Shown piece after piece: positions 41,375 to 50,476 of a stretch of DNA of 64,000 bases (the first letter of the stretch is position 1; every line of letters starts with the position of its first letter). The notes beneath the pieces are model-generated. The model was given only the letters and a program-made list of their open reading frames with translations. It was not told where the DNA came from and did not search any database. Position numbers and translations under genes: made by a program. The stretch is taken from contig CACWKS010000002.1 of assembly GCA_902761535.1 (NCBI GenBank), positions 270,611-334,610 on the forward strand, given 5' to 3'. Source of the stretch: an uncultured Pseudomonadota bacterium. GTDB taxonomy: Bacteria; Pseudomonadota; Alphaproteobacteria; RF32; CAG-239.

Positions 41375-41537
41375 TTTTTCTCTCCGTTATTCTACCATAT
41401 TATCAACTGATCAACTAAAAGCAATATCTTTTCTTTCTTAAAACAGATTAACCGCGAATAAATATTGACAAAAGCTATTTACCTGTTAAAAAGAAAATCA
41501 AATGAAATTATTAATTACTTAAATTAAATCAATTATT

Positions 41538-42101
41538 ATGAAAGAAAAAGCAATTACCAAACTCTTTATCCAAATGATGCAACATAAGGATAAAGCTGGT
41601 CGCATTGAGGTGTTTCTTCGTCTCTTGGGAATATTAGGGATAAAACAAGCAGATCTCTATCATCCTAAAACCGAATCAGAAACCCAACCACCGACCGAAT
41701 TGTCGGATGAATTTGATCTTCTTATCCGGACAAAAAAGGGAGAATTGCGGCGCGTTCCGTTTTCTCAACGGAATTTGGGAAAACCAGTTGGAATTTTTCC
41801 GATTAACGGCTCCCCGATGTATCTCGAGTTAGACGAGGTTGCAGACAAATGCCCCAACGATAAGGATGTTGACATTTTCCGTCTGCCTGAGGTAGACGAG
41901 CTGGAGCGAATTGACATTGCCAAAATCAATCCTTATTTGCAGGCACTCGACAAACCCACCTTAGAAGGATGTTACTTGGCTGAAAATTCGAAGTATATGC
42001 ACCAGTGCGGCTGGATATATAACTTCGACAATCAAGGTAGTGATTACTACGGAGGAAATGAGCCGAGCAAACTCCGTTACGCGGGGTATTTCTATGACTA
42101 A
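41538..42101 (+). CDS. hypothetical protein, paralog family member B (187 aa)
   Basis: see 40221..40778; followed by terminator. Confidence 0.5.
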   Translation: MKEKAITKLFIQMMQHKDKAGRIEVFLRLLGILGIKQADLYHPKTESETQPPTELSDEFDLLIRTKKGELRRVPFSQRNLGKPVGIFPINGSPMYLELDEVADKCPNDKDVDIFRLPEVDELERIDIAKINPYLQALDKPTLEGCYLAENSKYMHQCGWIYNFDNQGSDYYGGNEPSKLRYAGYFYD

Positions 42102-42105
42102 ACTA

Positions 42106-42140
42106 CAAAATCCCTTGCAACTTCAAGCTGCAAGGGATTT
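42106..42140 (+). terminator. rho-independent terminator (cccttgca...tgcaaggg + T-run)
   Basis: 8-bp stem, 9-nt loop, TTTTTGTTG. Confidence 0.6.
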
Positions 42141-42331
42141 TTGTTGCATGGTTATCGGCTGTTTCTTTCCTTAAATTTAATCATATTCTGCACGACAAGC
42201 AGTGCCGAATAAAATTGCCCCGACAAATAAAATCCAACCCAATTTTCTCATATCTGCCTCCTATAAAACAACTATGAATAGATATTAATAAAAAAAACAC
42301 TCATGTCAATAATACATTTATGTTATAAAAG

Positions 42332-42360
42332 AAAAAAGCCACCTTGAGAAAGGTGGCTTG
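42332..42360 (-). terminator. rho-independent terminator on minus strand (gccacctt...aaggtggc + U6)
   Basis: closes the structured spacer downstream of tRNA-Glu. Confidence 0.5.
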
Positions 42361-42516
42361 AAGTGGTGATCCCAGCTCGACTACTCTGCGCCATAAATGG
42401 CTTGAGTTGCAACTGTGCTCGTTCGCAATAAATTACTCACCGGCACACCCCCGTGTGCCTCTCGCTTGTTGTCAAACTCGCCCCCCCGCGAGTTCAAGTT
42501 CTTTGACTATACCCAA

Positions 42517-42550
42517 TAAAAAATACCCTCATAAAGAGGGTATTTTTTAT
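42517..42550. terminator. rho-independent terminator directly 3' of tRNA-Glu (bidirectional taccctc...gagggta)
   Basis: A6, 7-bp stem, T6. Confidence 0.6.
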
Positions 42551-42626
42551 TGGTGATCCCAGCGAGACTCGAACTCGCGTTACCGCCGTGAGAGGGCGAT
42601 GTCCTAGACCGCTAGACGATGGGACC
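42551..42626 (-). tRNA. tRNA-Glu (anticodon CUC)
   Basis: minus-strand read GGTCCCATCGTCTAGCGGTCTAGGACATCGCCCTCTCACGGCGGTAACGCGAGTTCGAGTCTCGCTGGGATCACCA; cloverleaf, encoded CCA. Confidence 0.85.
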
Positions 42627-42773
42627 TTTTATTTGTCTGTGCTATTCTATTACCATAAAAATTTTAACTTGCAAGCTTTTTTTTAAGCAAATAGTAAAAA
42701 TTGCTTGCCAAAATCTTTTTTTAGTATATATTATTGATTGATTGAGCCCGCCTTGGCGGGCTCTTTTTTGTTG

Positions 42774-43553
42774 TTAATCTTTAATATATTGTTTAGCTGT
42801 TTCGTAATCTTCCGGAGTATTGATATCGGCAGGAACTCTTTTATCAAGGCGAATATCATCAACCAACATTGCTCTAATTTCCATACCATTTTCCAAAGCA
42901 CGTAACTGCTCCAAAGATTCTCTAGCTTCCAAAACCCCGACCGGCAATGAAACCATTTTCTTTAATGATGCCGCTTTGAATACATAAATACCGATATGTT
43001 GATACAAATCCTGATTGGGACATTTCTCCGGATTACGCGTAAACGGCGCCGTAGCGCGGGTAAAATACAGACAGCGAGCTTCTTTTTCGCCTTCTCTCAA
43101 TCCCATAACCGCCTTAACTACCGCCGGATTGGTCTTATCTGCCTCGTTTTTAATCACAAAAGCCGCCGTGGCAATATCACAACCGGTGCGTTCAACCATT
43201 TCAATCAACGGCAGATTAACCTGCGGATTAACATTGATATTGTCACCCTGAAAATCAACCACAATGTCATATTTGTCGCCATTAGGATCCAATACTTTTA
43301 AAGCCGCGGCAATTCTGTCTGTACCTGATGGAAGTTTGGGATCGGTCAAAATCGCTTTAGCCCCGAATTTTGCACACTCATCCACAATTTCCTGATCACC
43401 GGCGGCAATCGCAATATCGCAGTCCGGCAGATATTTTTTGACATTTTCATAAACGCGTTGCACCGCTGTTTTACCGTTAATATCCAACAAAGGTTTGTTA
43501 GGCAGTCTGGTCGAAGCCAACCTTACCGGCATTAAAGTGATAACTCGTGACAT
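42774..43553 (-). CDS. kdsB: 3-deoxy-manno-octulosonate cytidylyltransferase (CMP-KDO synthetase)
   Basis: N-terminal IPARLASTRLPNKPLLDI-type motif, 259 aa. Confidence 0.85.
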   Translation of the reverse strand: MSRVITLMPVRLASTRLPNKPLLDINGKTAVQRVYENVKKYLPDCDIAIAAGDQEIVDECAKFGAKAILTDPKLPSGTDRIAAALKVLDPNGDKYDIVVDFQGDNINVNPQVNLPLIEMVERTGCDIATAAFVIKNEADKTNPAVVKAVMGLREGEKEARCLYFTRATAPFTRNPEKCPNQDLYQHIGIYVFKAASLKKMVSLPVGVLEARESLEQLRALENGMEIRAMLVDDIRLDKRVPADINTPEDYETAKQYIKD

Positions 43554-43568
43554 TTTTCATTTCCTTTC

Positions 43569-44243
43569 TTAATTTTGAACCGTATTATTTTCCAACCAAT
43601 TTTTAAACTCAACCACATCATGAACTTCCGGCACATTTGCCAATTCCGGCGGCAAAGCGGAAGTAAACTCACAACGCATTCTCACCGGCTGAACACCTGC
43701 TTTGATAGCCGCTTCAATATTATAAATTCGATCATCAACCAAAATTGTCTCTTCTGCTTTCAAACCGTATTTATCCAAACAATATTTCAACATATCCTCT
43801 TTGGCGGAATCATGCATAAAAGCCCCGTGTTGCACACATTCAATCGTCAAAAAGTCACTGACTTCGGCAAGCAATTTATTGAGTAATTTTTTCTTGGTGG
43901 CAACATCAAAAGTCGCTGACATGGTAAACTGGCGATACCCTTTTTCATGCAGTTCTTTTAATACCTCAACCACATGCGGATAAAGCGGACGAGCCGAAAA
44001 AAACTCCCAACTGGCGCAAAAATCTTTATCCATTTCTACACCCATCTCCGGATGAGTTTTAAGCTCTAATGCCCCGTATTTAGGCACAATCGGTAACACT
44101 TTAGGCAAATCTTGCCATTGCATATTGCCAAACATCGGTTCATATTTGGGATGATTGGTCAAAAAATTAAAATAAGCCCGATTAAGATCAGCCAAAACTC
44201 CGTCCACATCCCAAAATATATTTTTAATCAATTTCTTACTCAT
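43569..44243 (-). CDS. HAD-superfamily hydrolase (5'(3')-deoxyribonucleotidase-like)
   Basis: motif I FWDVDGVLAD; HAD length/layout. Confidence 0.6.
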   Translation of the reverse strand: MSKKLIKNIFWDVDGVLADLNRAYFNFLTNHPKYEPMFGNMQWQDLPKVLPIVPKYGALELKTHPEMGVEMDKDFCASWEFFSARPLYPHVVEVLKELHEKGYRQFTMSATFDVATKKKLLNKLLAEVSDFLTIECVQHGAFMHDSAKEDMLKYCLDKYGLKAEETILVDDRIYNIEAAIKAGVQPVRMRCEFTSALPPELANVPEVHDVVEFKNWLENNTVQN

Positions 44244-44252
44244 ATTTTACCT

Positions 44253-45524
44253 CTAACGACACTGCCAACCTTTGGCCGCCAAGTTCACTTTATCAAAATA
44301 AGTATTACGTCCTTCAACCGGCTCGGCAACCTCGCCGCAAACAATATTTTTGCCGGAACTTATCACTTCGGCAATTTCCCAAACCTTATTTTGCAAGCGA
44401 TATCTGGCCATATCGGCAAAAAGACGTGCCTCCATATATTCACCGAATGAGGAATAGCGGACATTCAAACGACCGGACAACCTTGCTTGCAAATCAGCAA
44501 ACATTTGCTTATGCTCCGGTAAAATTATACCTTCTCCTTGCAATAATTTTTTGAAATCATCCAATACCAAAGGATTTTTCCATCCGCCTCCAAAAAGAAT
44601 AATTTGCTTTGGCAAAGCAATATTATCAGGTATTTGAGCCAAAGTATAAGCGGCAATATAAGCAGCCGAATATTCAAATGTGCGTAAAGCATCGGCAAAA
44701 GCAATATTTTGTTCGCTCACATATGCAAAAATCTCCTGCTTGTGGTAATAAGCGGGATCACCTGATTTCGGCAAAGGACCGCGATAAAATCCCTCCCCTT
44801 CATCAAATATCCTCTGTAAAAGCTTTTGTTTTATTTTGCCCTGACTGCCTAATTTTCCGCCTTCATCAAAAGATTGATCGGTATTAAGACGCACAAAAGC
44901 ATCAATATATTCGTTAAACGGGCCGGAATCCGAACCTATAAGCGCTACATTGTTGCGTACTAAAGCAAAATTGGAAGTATTACCGCCGTTATAATAAATT
45001 CCGTCACCTTCACTCAAAGCTATATGAGCATTATGCGGCGGCACCAATGGTGCACCTTCAAATCCGTTCATCAACAGTGCCGAGCGAAAATCATACACGA
45101 CCTTGATTCCCGTCAAATCAGCCAACATTTGCCCCGAACCCATTTGCAGAGTATAAGGAATATCCCCGTTGCGATGTGCTTTAGACGGAGGATTATGGTC
45201 GAGAGTTTTGCCGTGAAAACCGATTGCGTCAATATGCGTCTTATCTAAACGATTAATTTTGCACATCTCATTGACTGCTTCAGCAATACCGCGAATATAT
45301 TCATCATGAATTTGATGAAACAACGGCAAAGACTCTATTTCCAAATAAGTTTTATTATATACTTGCCGGCGTAATTCTTCTATTTTGTTTTGCATTGCGG
45401 CACTGTAAGGTTCAGAAAACGTGCAAATATCGGTCATTTTATCACCCTCGAACTCTGTCAATACAAAGTCCAGTGCATCCATAGAATTGCCGGTCATATT
45501 ACCGATAATGCGATATTTTTCCAT
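44253..45524 (-). CDS. anmK: anhydro-N-acetylmuramic acid kinase
   Basis: IGNMTGNSMDALDFVL, AIGFHGKTLDHNP, GAPLVPP blocks collinear with AnmK. Confidence 0.8.
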   Translation of the reverse strand: MEKYRIIGNMTGNSMDALDFVLTEFEGDKMTDICTFSEPYSAAMQNKIEELRRQVYNKTYLEIESLPLFHQIHDEYIRGIAEAVNEMCKINRLDKTHIDAIGFHGKTLDHNPPSKAHRNGDIPYTLQMGSGQMLADLTGIKVVYDFRSALLMNGFEGAPLVPPHNAHIALSEGDGIYYNGGNTSNFALVRNNVALIGSDSGPFNEYIDAFVRLNTDQSFDEGGKLGSQGKIKQKLLQRIFDEGEGFYRGPLPKSGDPAYYHKQEIFAYVSEQNIAFADALRTFEYSAAYIAAYTLAQIPDNIALPKQIILFGGGWKNPLVLDDFKKLLQGEGIILPEHKQMFADLQARLSGRLNVRYSSFGEYMEARLFADMARYRLQNKVWEIAEVISSGKNIVCGEVAEPVEGRNTYFDKVNLAAKGWQCR

Positions 45525-45527
45525 TAC

Positions 45528-46019
45528 TTAAAAATCCATAAACAAGTTATAATAATGATTAATCAAATACAAACAAACGGCGGCATAACCTCCGGCAAAC
45601 ACATCATCAAGCATAACCCCTAAAGCATTGCGTATTTTTTTATCCGCCCAGCCGGCCGGAAAAGGCTTGGTTATGTCAAATAAACGAAACAAAGCAAATC
45701 CTATCGTTAAAACCAATATTACATGGCTATTGCCTTGCATTACCGCCGCCACAGGCAAAAAGCTCAAACTTTGTCCGCATACCTCATCAATCACAATCAA
45801 TGACGGATCATGTTTGGTATATTTCAAAACTTCGATTGAAACAACCCAGCCGACAATAAAAGCTACCGCAGCTAAAACCGCCACACCTTTGGCCCCGTAA
45901 TTATAAGCACTCCACCAAACCAAAGGCAAAGTTACCAATGAACCGAAAGTCCCTGAGGCAAACGGAAAATATCCTGCCCCGAAAAAGCTTGCCAAAGCAA
46001 ATGCAATTTTTTTATACAT
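45528..46019 (-). CDS. pgpA: phosphatidylglycerophosphatase A
   Basis: FFGAGYFPFASGTFGSLVTLPL... PgpA signature; ATG start at 46019 (ORF track extends to TTG at 46064). Confidence 0.8.
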   Translation of the reverse strand: MYKKIAFALASFFGAGYFPFASGTFGSLVTLPLVWWSAYNYGAKGVAVLAAVAFIVGWVVSIEVLKYTKHDPSLIVIDEVCGQSLSFLPVAAVMQGNSHVILVLTIGFALFRLFDITKPFPAGWADKKIRNALGVMLDDVFAGGYAAVCLYLINHYYNLFMDF

Positions 46020-46156
46020 TATTACCTGTCCTGAAATTTTTATCTGCCTGAAAGCATAAAACAATCACAAAGTTTTGCAACAGCTTTAGGCAACTTTTGC
46101 GCAAATAATACTGAATATATTGTAATCTTTAACCGATGTTATTTGTTTCTGCCCAA

Positions 46157-46184
46157 TTGCACAAAAATACTTGCATTTTATAAT
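46157..46184 (+). promoter_or_regulatory. sigma-70-like promoter TTGCAC-N16-TATAAT
   Basis: ttgcacaaaaatacttgcattttataat; drives structured leader/sRNA upstream of XRE regulator. Confidence 0.5.
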
Positions 46185-46190
46185 CTTTTA

Positions 46191-46362
46191 TTTTACCATA
46201 ATTTCCGCAACGACGTGTTGTCGCTGCGGAGTGTCGAAACTCCCTGTAACAAATATCTCTCCGAGAGGGGAGCCGACCTAATATATTGAATAAGTCGGAC
46301 TGTTTGTTACAGCAGTTTCGAACTCCCCGCCTTGATGAGTTTGTCAAGGTGGTTGTTTTTTA
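46191..46362 (+). ncRNA. candidate structured sRNA / 5' leader (about 170 nt) ending in intrinsic terminator
   Basis: strong promoter, hairpin 46204-46229, 22-nt long-range inverted repeat (46231-46256 vs 46301-46324) each containing palindrome GT(T)TCGAAAC, terminator hairpin 46329-46350 + T-run directly before RBS of 46383 gene. Confidence 0.3.
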
Positions 46363-46382
46363 TTCAATAGGAGAGTATAAGT

Positions 46383-46874
46383 ATGAAAACAACAACCTCG
46401 GACTATTCTCGCAATAAAAAAGCTCGTGGTCGTCAACCCAACGGAGAGCCTAATCCGGTTGATATTCACATCGGCAAACGCTTAAAATTGCGCCGTCAAA
46501 TTTTACATATTTCGCAACAACAACTGGGTAAAATGTTGGGACTGACCTTTCAACAGGTGCAAAAATACGAGAAAGGACAAAATCGCATATCCGGCAGCAG
46601 ATTGTGGGATTTTGCTTGTATTTTAGGTGTCGATGTCAATTTCTTTTATGCCGATATGGATAGAGAAATTGTTTCACAAAGTCCGCGTTGCCTTAACCAT
46701 GTTGTTACTCAAAATCCTGCAATTACGCCCTATGATCCCATGCAGTCGGAACGAGCCCTCAAAGTAACTAAAGCTTTTTTACAAATTAAAAATCGTTCAA
46801 TTGCTGATAATCTCTATAACTTAATAATCAACTTAAACACCAGTCAATATCTTTTAGCTAAAGAAAAAGAATGA
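46383..46874 (+). CDS. XRE-family helix-turn-helix transcriptional regulator
   Basis: HTH_3-like IGKRLKLRRQILHISQQQLGKMLGLTFQQVQKYEKGQNRIS. Confidence 0.7.
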   Translation: MKTTTSDYSRNKKARGRQPNGEPNPVDIHIGKRLKLRRQILHISQQQLGKMLGLTFQQVQKYEKGQNRISGSRLWDFACILGVDVNFFYADMDREIVSQSPRCLNHVVTQNPAITPYDPMQSERALKVTKAFLQIKNRSIADNLYNLIINLNTSQYLLAKEKE

Positions 46875-46951
46875 TTAACTTATAAGCTATCATTTGTTGA
46901 TATAAAAAACGGACAAGTTGCCTCGCCCGTTATAACCAAAGCGGAAAATTA

Positions 46952-49111
46952 TTATTTCTCCAACTGTTCCAACACCCATTTCTTTAAGGTAACATTATCC
47001 GCTTTGCCGGTGGCAAACAACGGAATTTCCTCCTTAAACATAAACTGAGTGGGAATATACAACTCTGACAAACCTTTGGCTTGAACCGCAGCGGCAAATT
47101 TATCACGAGTAACTTCCTTGGAATTGGAAACAAAAACTATTTGTTCGCCCTTAGACGGATGCGGAATGGCAACAACACCGCAATGAAATTCTTCATCCTT
47201 CCAAGTCTCACGAGCAACATTTTCTACGGCTAACAGCGATACCATCTCTCCGCCGATTTTGGCAAAACGCTTAACGCGGTCAATGATTTTAACAAATCCC
47301 AATTCATCAATCTCAACCACATCACCGGTATGATACCACCCGTCTTTGACCGGCACCACTTCACCCGGTTTATCGGCAAAGATATATCCCTGCATAACAT
47401 TAGGTCCTTTTACCACGAACTCTCCGCCCTTCTCAATTCCCGGAACTTTTTCGATTTTACACTCCATTGCCGGAGCCAAACGACCGATAGTACCATATTT
47501 ATTAAACAACAGAGTATTAACACACACAATCGGTGAACATTCGGTTGTTCCATATCCTTCCAATAACCGAACTCCCAAATTTTCTGCCAACATTTTGCGA
47601 GTATCTTCTTTAACCGCTTCCGCACCGGCATAGCAATAACGCACATGGCGAAAATCATAAGGATGTGAAATCTTGGCATAAGCCTTAAAGAATGTATCCG
47701 TAGCTACCACAATTGTTGCCCGCAACTCATATAACAACTCGGTAATTGTGCGATATAACAACGGTGACGGAAATTCAAAAACTTTAGCCCCGCTCAACAA
47801 CGGAAAAATAGTACCTACCGTAAGCCCGAATGAGTGAAACATCGGCAACGAGTTAAACATCAAATCCTTAATGGTTGTATGCAAAAAGCAACAGGTTTGT
47901 GCCACATTGGCAATAACATTTTGATGTGAAAGCAAAACTGCTTTAGGCATCCCCTCCGAACCGGAAGTAAACAAAATATATGCTGTATCCGAGCTTTTTT
48001 GTTTAGCCGGCACTTTTTTGATTTTATAATACCACAAACCGCGCAACTTGTCTTTAAGAGTAATATTTTTGGCAATATCTTCCAAATAGTGAACTTTAAT
48101 CTTGGCTTCTTGTAACTTCTCAATAACATTTTCTAACTTTGCTTTTTCCACAAAAGCTTTAGAGGTAATCACATTTTTAACCACAGCCGTCTTACACATA
48201 CTGACAACTACCCCCTCACCCTGAGTGAAGTTAATCATCACCGGAACTCTTGCATAAGCCGATAAACCGAACAACGAAACCACATTAGCAATCGTATTTG
48301 GCAAAATCAAACCTACTCGTTCTTTGTTTTGAGTAAATTCCTTAAACTTATGCCCCAAAACATAACTCTTTAGCAAAATATCCATATAAGACTGAGGTTC
48401 GCGATTTATATCTTCAATTATCTTGCGACGGCTGAACAAACCGGTCTTACCGTAAATACGCGATGTACGCAACAGTGCACGAAACAAAGTAAGGTTGCTT
48501 TTATACAGTGATGCAAAGCGCATATTATTCATCATACGATAAGTCAAATCTTTCAAATAATCACGATTCTTACGCAACTCAGCATCGATTTTAATATTCT
48601 CAGGCTTGCCGACTTTAACAAAAATCTTCGGCAACGGACGATGCGGAACATTTCCTTCCGTTTCGGAAAAAACACTGTATTGCGCACCGCTTATCCAAAT
48701 CGGTATCAAAGGAGATTGAGTCTTGTCCGCAATAATGGCGGGAATTTCGTAAATCTTCATAATATCTCCGGAATCACTCATCATTCCTTCGGGAAACATC
48801 ACAAAATATTGCTCATCATGCAACCCTTCCATAACCTTTTTGGCATCGGCGGCATCAATATAATTATATTCCATCTTGCGAGCAAAAGTCATAAAAAAGC
48901 GCAACCACTTATTGCGATATAAACGTGAATGCAGCAAAAAAATCGGATTCTTCGGCAAAAATGCAAACAAAATCACCGGATCAAGCCAAGAAATATGATT
49001 GGAAATAAAAATACCGCGTTTGGGTAATTTATCTTCCTCAACCTGAAACTCAACCCGCACCTTAAATAACTTAAAAACACCCCTTAAAATCAGACGCACA
49101 AAGTTCTGCAT
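46952..49111 (-). CDS. aas: bifunctional 2-acylglycerophosphoethanolamine acyltransferase / acyl-ACP synthetase
   Basis: N-terminal PlsC-type acyltransferase HxxxxD (NHISWLD) + C-terminal AMP-binding YILFTSGSEGMPKAV; 719 aa. Confidence 0.85.
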   Translation of the reverse strand: MQNFVRLILRGVFKLFKVRVEFQVEEDKLPKRGIFISNHISWLDPVILFAFLPKNPIFLLHSRLYRNKWLRFFMTFARKMEYNYIDAADAKKVMEGLHDEQYFVMFPEGMMSDSGDIMKIYEIPAIIADKTQSPLIPIWISGAQYSVFSETEGNVPHRPLPKIFVKVGKPENIKIDAELRKNRDYLKDLTYRMMNNMRFASLYKSNLTLFRALLRTSRIYGKTGLFSRRKIIEDINREPQSYMDILLKSYVLGHKFKEFTQNKERVGLILPNTIANVVSLFGLSAYARVPVMINFTQGEGVVVSMCKTAVVKNVITSKAFVEKAKLENVIEKLQEAKIKVHYLEDIAKNITLKDKLRGLWYYKIKKVPAKQKSSDTAYILFTSGSEGMPKAVLLSHQNVIANVAQTCCFLHTTIKDLMFNSLPMFHSFGLTVGTIFPLLSGAKVFEFPSPLLYRTITELLYELRATIVVATDTFFKAYAKISHPYDFRHVRYCYAGAEAVKEDTRKMLAENLGVRLLEGYGTTECSPIVCVNTLLFNKYGTIGRLAPAMECKIEKVPGIEKGGEFVVKGPNVMQGYIFADKPGEVVPVKDGWYHTGDVVEIDELGFVKIIDRVKRFAKIGGEMVSLLAVENVARETWKDEEFHCGVVAIPHPSKGEQIVFVSNSKEVTRDKFAAAVQAKGLSELYIPTQFMFKEEIPLFATGKADNVTLKKWVLEQLEK

Positions 49112-49302
49112 AACAAACTCCTTATATAAATTAACTTGTCTTACACGTTACGACACAACATCCAATATATCATTTAACTTTTTTAATGCTTGTTAATTTA
49201 TTGTTTTAACGTAAATTATTTTATAAAAATATCAAAAGCATTAAATTTATCTTGCCAATTTATTCTATATCGTTATTATGTAAAAAAACAAAGGATTTTA
49301 TC

Positions 49303-50430
49303 ATGAATGACATCAAATGTCCCAAATGCGGGCAATCTGTTAAAAAAAACGGTTTTGTTTTCGGCCTGCAACGTTACAAATGCAAAGATTGCCATTACCA
49401 ATTCACCAAAGAACAACCTCATGGCAAACCCCGTAAAGATAAAGGATCAGCCATTGCTTTATGCAGTTTGGGTGTATCCCAGAATCAGGCAGCTAAAATA
49501 CTCGGCGTCACCCCAACCAGCATTGCTCGTTGGCTTGATGAAATACCCCAAGAATTATCGTTTGAGCTTTCTCCGAAAATCAACGTGCAAAAAATTGAAG
49601 AAACCAACCTGCGCACTTATATTCGTCAGCTCTATATCGAAAACAAAGAAAATTTCTTAATGGTTAAAAATGATTATCCATCTGGATATGAAGTGAACAT
49701 TTTGATAAAAAACCGCATTCCTTTAGATAATCTTCACCAACACAAATTGACGGTTTGTGCTTTCGGCGATTCCATTCTGCAAGGTGTGGTACATGATGCC
49801 CAAAACAACAAATATCAACTCTTAAAAGAAAATTTCATCGCCATCTCCGGCAAAAAACTCAATGTTGCTTGGAAAAATTATGCTCGTCACGGTGCTCTCA
49901 TCAATGACGGAGAAAAAGAATTTTTAAAACATCTTAATAGTGTTAATGAAAGTGATTATATCTTTTTTTCTTTCGGTGGTAACGATTGTAATTTTGATTG
50001 GGATGCTATATCCCAAAATCCCAACACGCCTCATCTCCCCTACACTCCTTTGGATGTTTTCCATCAAAAATATGTTAACCTGATTCGCCGCGTTCAAGAC
50101 AAAGGTAAAACTCCGATCTTGTTTTCGCTCCCCCCCGTTCATCCGCAAATGTTTTTTGATACCAACTGCCGTTATCGCAACTCGGCAAATATACTTAAAT
50201 TTATGCGCGGTGATCTCAACACTATCTACCAATGGCACAGTATGTATAACATGGAAATTTTCAAAATAGCCAACGAAACCAATGTTCCGATTATTGATAT
50301 TACCACTTTCTTTTTAAGCCGAATTGATTATAAAGACTTTTTATGCGATGACGGTGTTCACCCTAATGCCAAAGGACATTTATTAATTGCTTCGGCGGTT
50401 AAAGATTTTTATGAAAAATATTATTTATAA
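49303..50430 (+). CDS. zinc-ribbon + HTH (InsA-like) domain fused to SGNH/GDSL hydrolase
   Basis: CPKCG...YKCKDCHYQF zinc ribbon, HTH VSQNQAAKILGVTPTSIARWL; then GDSL blocks: FGDSI, GGND, DGVHP; start ATG 49303 after AAGGAT (ORF track starts at upstream TTG). Confidence 0.6.
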   Translation: MNDIKCPKCGQSVKKNGFVFGLQRYKCKDCHYQFTKEQPHGKPRKDKGSAIALCSLGVSQNQAAKILGVTPTSIARWLDEIPQELSFELSPKINVQKIEETNLRTYIRQLYIENKENFLMVKNDYPSGYEVNILIKNRIPLDNLHQHKLTVCAFGDSILQGVVHDAQNNKYQLLKENFIAISGKKLNVAWKNYARHGALINDGEKEFLKHLNSVNESDYIFFSFGGNDCNFDWDAISQNPNTPHLPYTPLDVFHQKYVNLIRRVQDKGKTPILFSLPPVHPQMFFDTNCRYRNSANILKFMRGDLNTIYQWHSMYNMEIFKIANETNVPIIDITTFFLSRIDYKDFLCDDGVHPNAKGHLLIASAVKDFYEKYYL

Positions 50431-50442
50431 TTTTAAAACAAA

Positions 50443-50476
50443 AAAGCCCGCATCAAAGCAGGCTGTTTTTTAATTT
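50443..50476 (+). terminator. intrinsic terminator after SGNH gene (imperfect stem agcccgc/gcaggct + T6)
   Basis: A-run, stem with one mismatch, TTTTTT. Confidence 0.45.

Noticed and set aside
42176-42250. Possible 24-aa lipoprotein gene (MRKLGWILFVGAILFGTAC...) with GGAGG SD on the minus strand
   Set aside because: The attractive signal-peptide reading depends on the exact number of A residues across the line break at 42240/42241. With the sequence as numbered, the frame gives a non-hydrophobic 23-mer. It cannot be resolved by eye.
42362-42510. Two-piece (permuted) alphaproteobacterial tmRNA acceptor piece next to tRNA-Glu
   Set aside because: The 3' end GCUGGGAUCACCA copies tRNA-Glu but no T-arm hairpin precedes it, and no plausible tag reading frame (ending in hydrophobic AA-stop) is present.
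42744-42769. GC hairpin gagcccgcc/ggcgggctc with a T-run on the plus strand just after the kdsB stop
   Set aside because: Its orientation fits a plus-strand terminator, but no plus-strand gene lies upstream. It is probably a weak or bidirectional terminator for kdsB, so it is not listed as a confident feature.
46129-46347. 72-aa minus-strand ORF
   Set aside because: It lies entirely within the promoter, inverted-repeat and terminator structure upstream of the XRE regulator. It has no SD and is Arg/Cys-rich, which is a GC-structure artefact.
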